NCBI GenBank assembly: GCA_000214015.2
Contig: CAID01000010.2
Span: forward strand, 513,303 to 529,739
DNA: 16,437 nucleotides
Direction of reading: 5' to 3'
Origin: Ostreococcus tauri
Lineage: Eukaryota
Shown: piece by piece, positions 15,921-16,437 of the stretch
How positions within the stretch are numbered: position 1 is the first letter of the stretch
How the letters are laid out: every line of letters starts with the position of its first letter
Notes under the pieces: model-generated
What the model saw: the letters and a program-made list of their open reading frames with translations, nothing else
Told to the model about the DNA's origin: nothing
The model's database searches: none
Translations under genes and position numbers: made by a program

Positions 15921-16323
15921 GTCCACCCGAGACGCGACGGCGGTGATGCGGGGAAGACGCGAGGTCGTGCGCGCGCCGAGGTCGGGACGTCGACGGAGCG
16001 ACGCGCGCGACGGGATGGCGAACGAATGGATTATCCAAAAGACACGAGATCGACGTCGACCGGTGAAATGAGGGGGCCTGAGGCGGATGGGATCGAACGC
16101 GCGGACGACGACGGCGACGGAGACGGGAGGGATGGGTGCGCGCGATGGCGACGTGATGTCGATCGCGTGGGAATTACATCGTGGGTTCGACGCGCGAGAT
16201 GGGACGGCGGCGAGGTGGGGACGTCGGGCGAATGGATATCGCGCGGCGAACGACGGACGTCGCGCGGATGGTTGCGCCGCGAGAGGACGTCGTCGTCGGA
16301 TGAGGTTCGGTCGACGCACGCGC

Positions 16324-16437
16324 TCACGGCGGTACCGGGACGCCGTCGAGCTTGGCCTGTAATATTTTATCCACCAGGGTTGGATTCGCGCGGCCACCGC
16401 TCGCCTTGAGACAGGCACCGACGAAGAAACCTTTGAG
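16324..16437 (-). CDS. 3' end (last 37 codons) of a GatB/YqeY-domain protein, probably organellar Glu-tRNA(Gln) amidotransferase subunit B; runs off the window
   Basis: Not in the ORF track, because no start codon lies in the window. The minus strand from 16437 reads [37 protein letters not shown] with stop tca at 16324-16326. This parallels the GatB C-terminus ([29 protein letters not shown] in Bacillus, as I recall it). Confidence 0.55.
   Translation of the reverse strand, partial: LKGFFVGACLKASGGRANPTLVDKILQAKLDGVPVPP

Noticed and set aside
15282-16409. 375-aa + strand ORF antisense to the 5' part of the P-protein gene
   Set aside because: It is Arg-rich and low-complexity, and it is antisense to a highly conserved CDS. 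The same reasoning applies to 12708-13499, 13500-14297, 14319-14924 and 14437-14991.
12780-16418. Full 1212-aa track ORF taken as the P-protein gene model
   Set aside because: The N-terminal 166 codons have no P-protein similarity. They overlap the stop region of the GatB/YqeY-type gene at 16324. I trimmed the model to ATG 15920, with 15725 as the alternative.
1-16437. Prokaryotic operon, defence island or mobile element interpretation of the window
   Set aside because: The genes are eukaryote-specific: 20S alpha subunit, RING-H2, THUMPD1, and transit-peptide-bearing HCF164 and GLDP. They alternate strands. I see no integrase or transposase, no terminal inverted repeats and no tRNA anchor.

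Overview
This window reads as GC-rich, very gene-dense eukaryotic nuclear DNA, not a prokaryotic locus. It encodes a 20S proteasome alpha subunit, RING-H2 and RING fingers, a THUMPD1/Tan1-type protein, a chloroplast HCF164-type thioredoxin and a single-chain mitochondrial glycine decarboxylase P-protein. About 13 genes sit on alternating strands, with roughly 20-400 bp between them and no obvious introns. That pattern suggests a picoplanktonic green alga of the Mamiellophyceae (Ostreococcus/Micromonas-like); this is inference only, with no search run. The ORF track uses bacterial start codons, and the tracks at 18, 681, 5757 and 10971 begin with GTG, so I re-anchored CDS starts on ATG. Many long Arg/Ala/Ser-rich antisense or out-of-frame ORFs are GC-composition artefacts. 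I found no rRNA, tRNA, CRISPR array, transposon or prokaryote-style operon or defence system. The points worth a second look are: (a) a bacterial-type stand-alone sulfite-oxidase-family molybdoenzyme with a membrane anchor; (b) a secreted protein made of two duplicated beta-sandwich-like modules, each ending in LCPGCxLRG; (c) a GH18 chitinase-like protein with a variant catalytic motif and a C-terminal RDEL; (d) a type-I membrane protein built from vicinal Cys-Cys doublet modules; (e) a bidirectional promoter with palindromes and a 10-bp phased repeat. All family assignments come from motifs I recognise by eye and need HMM/BLAST confirmation.
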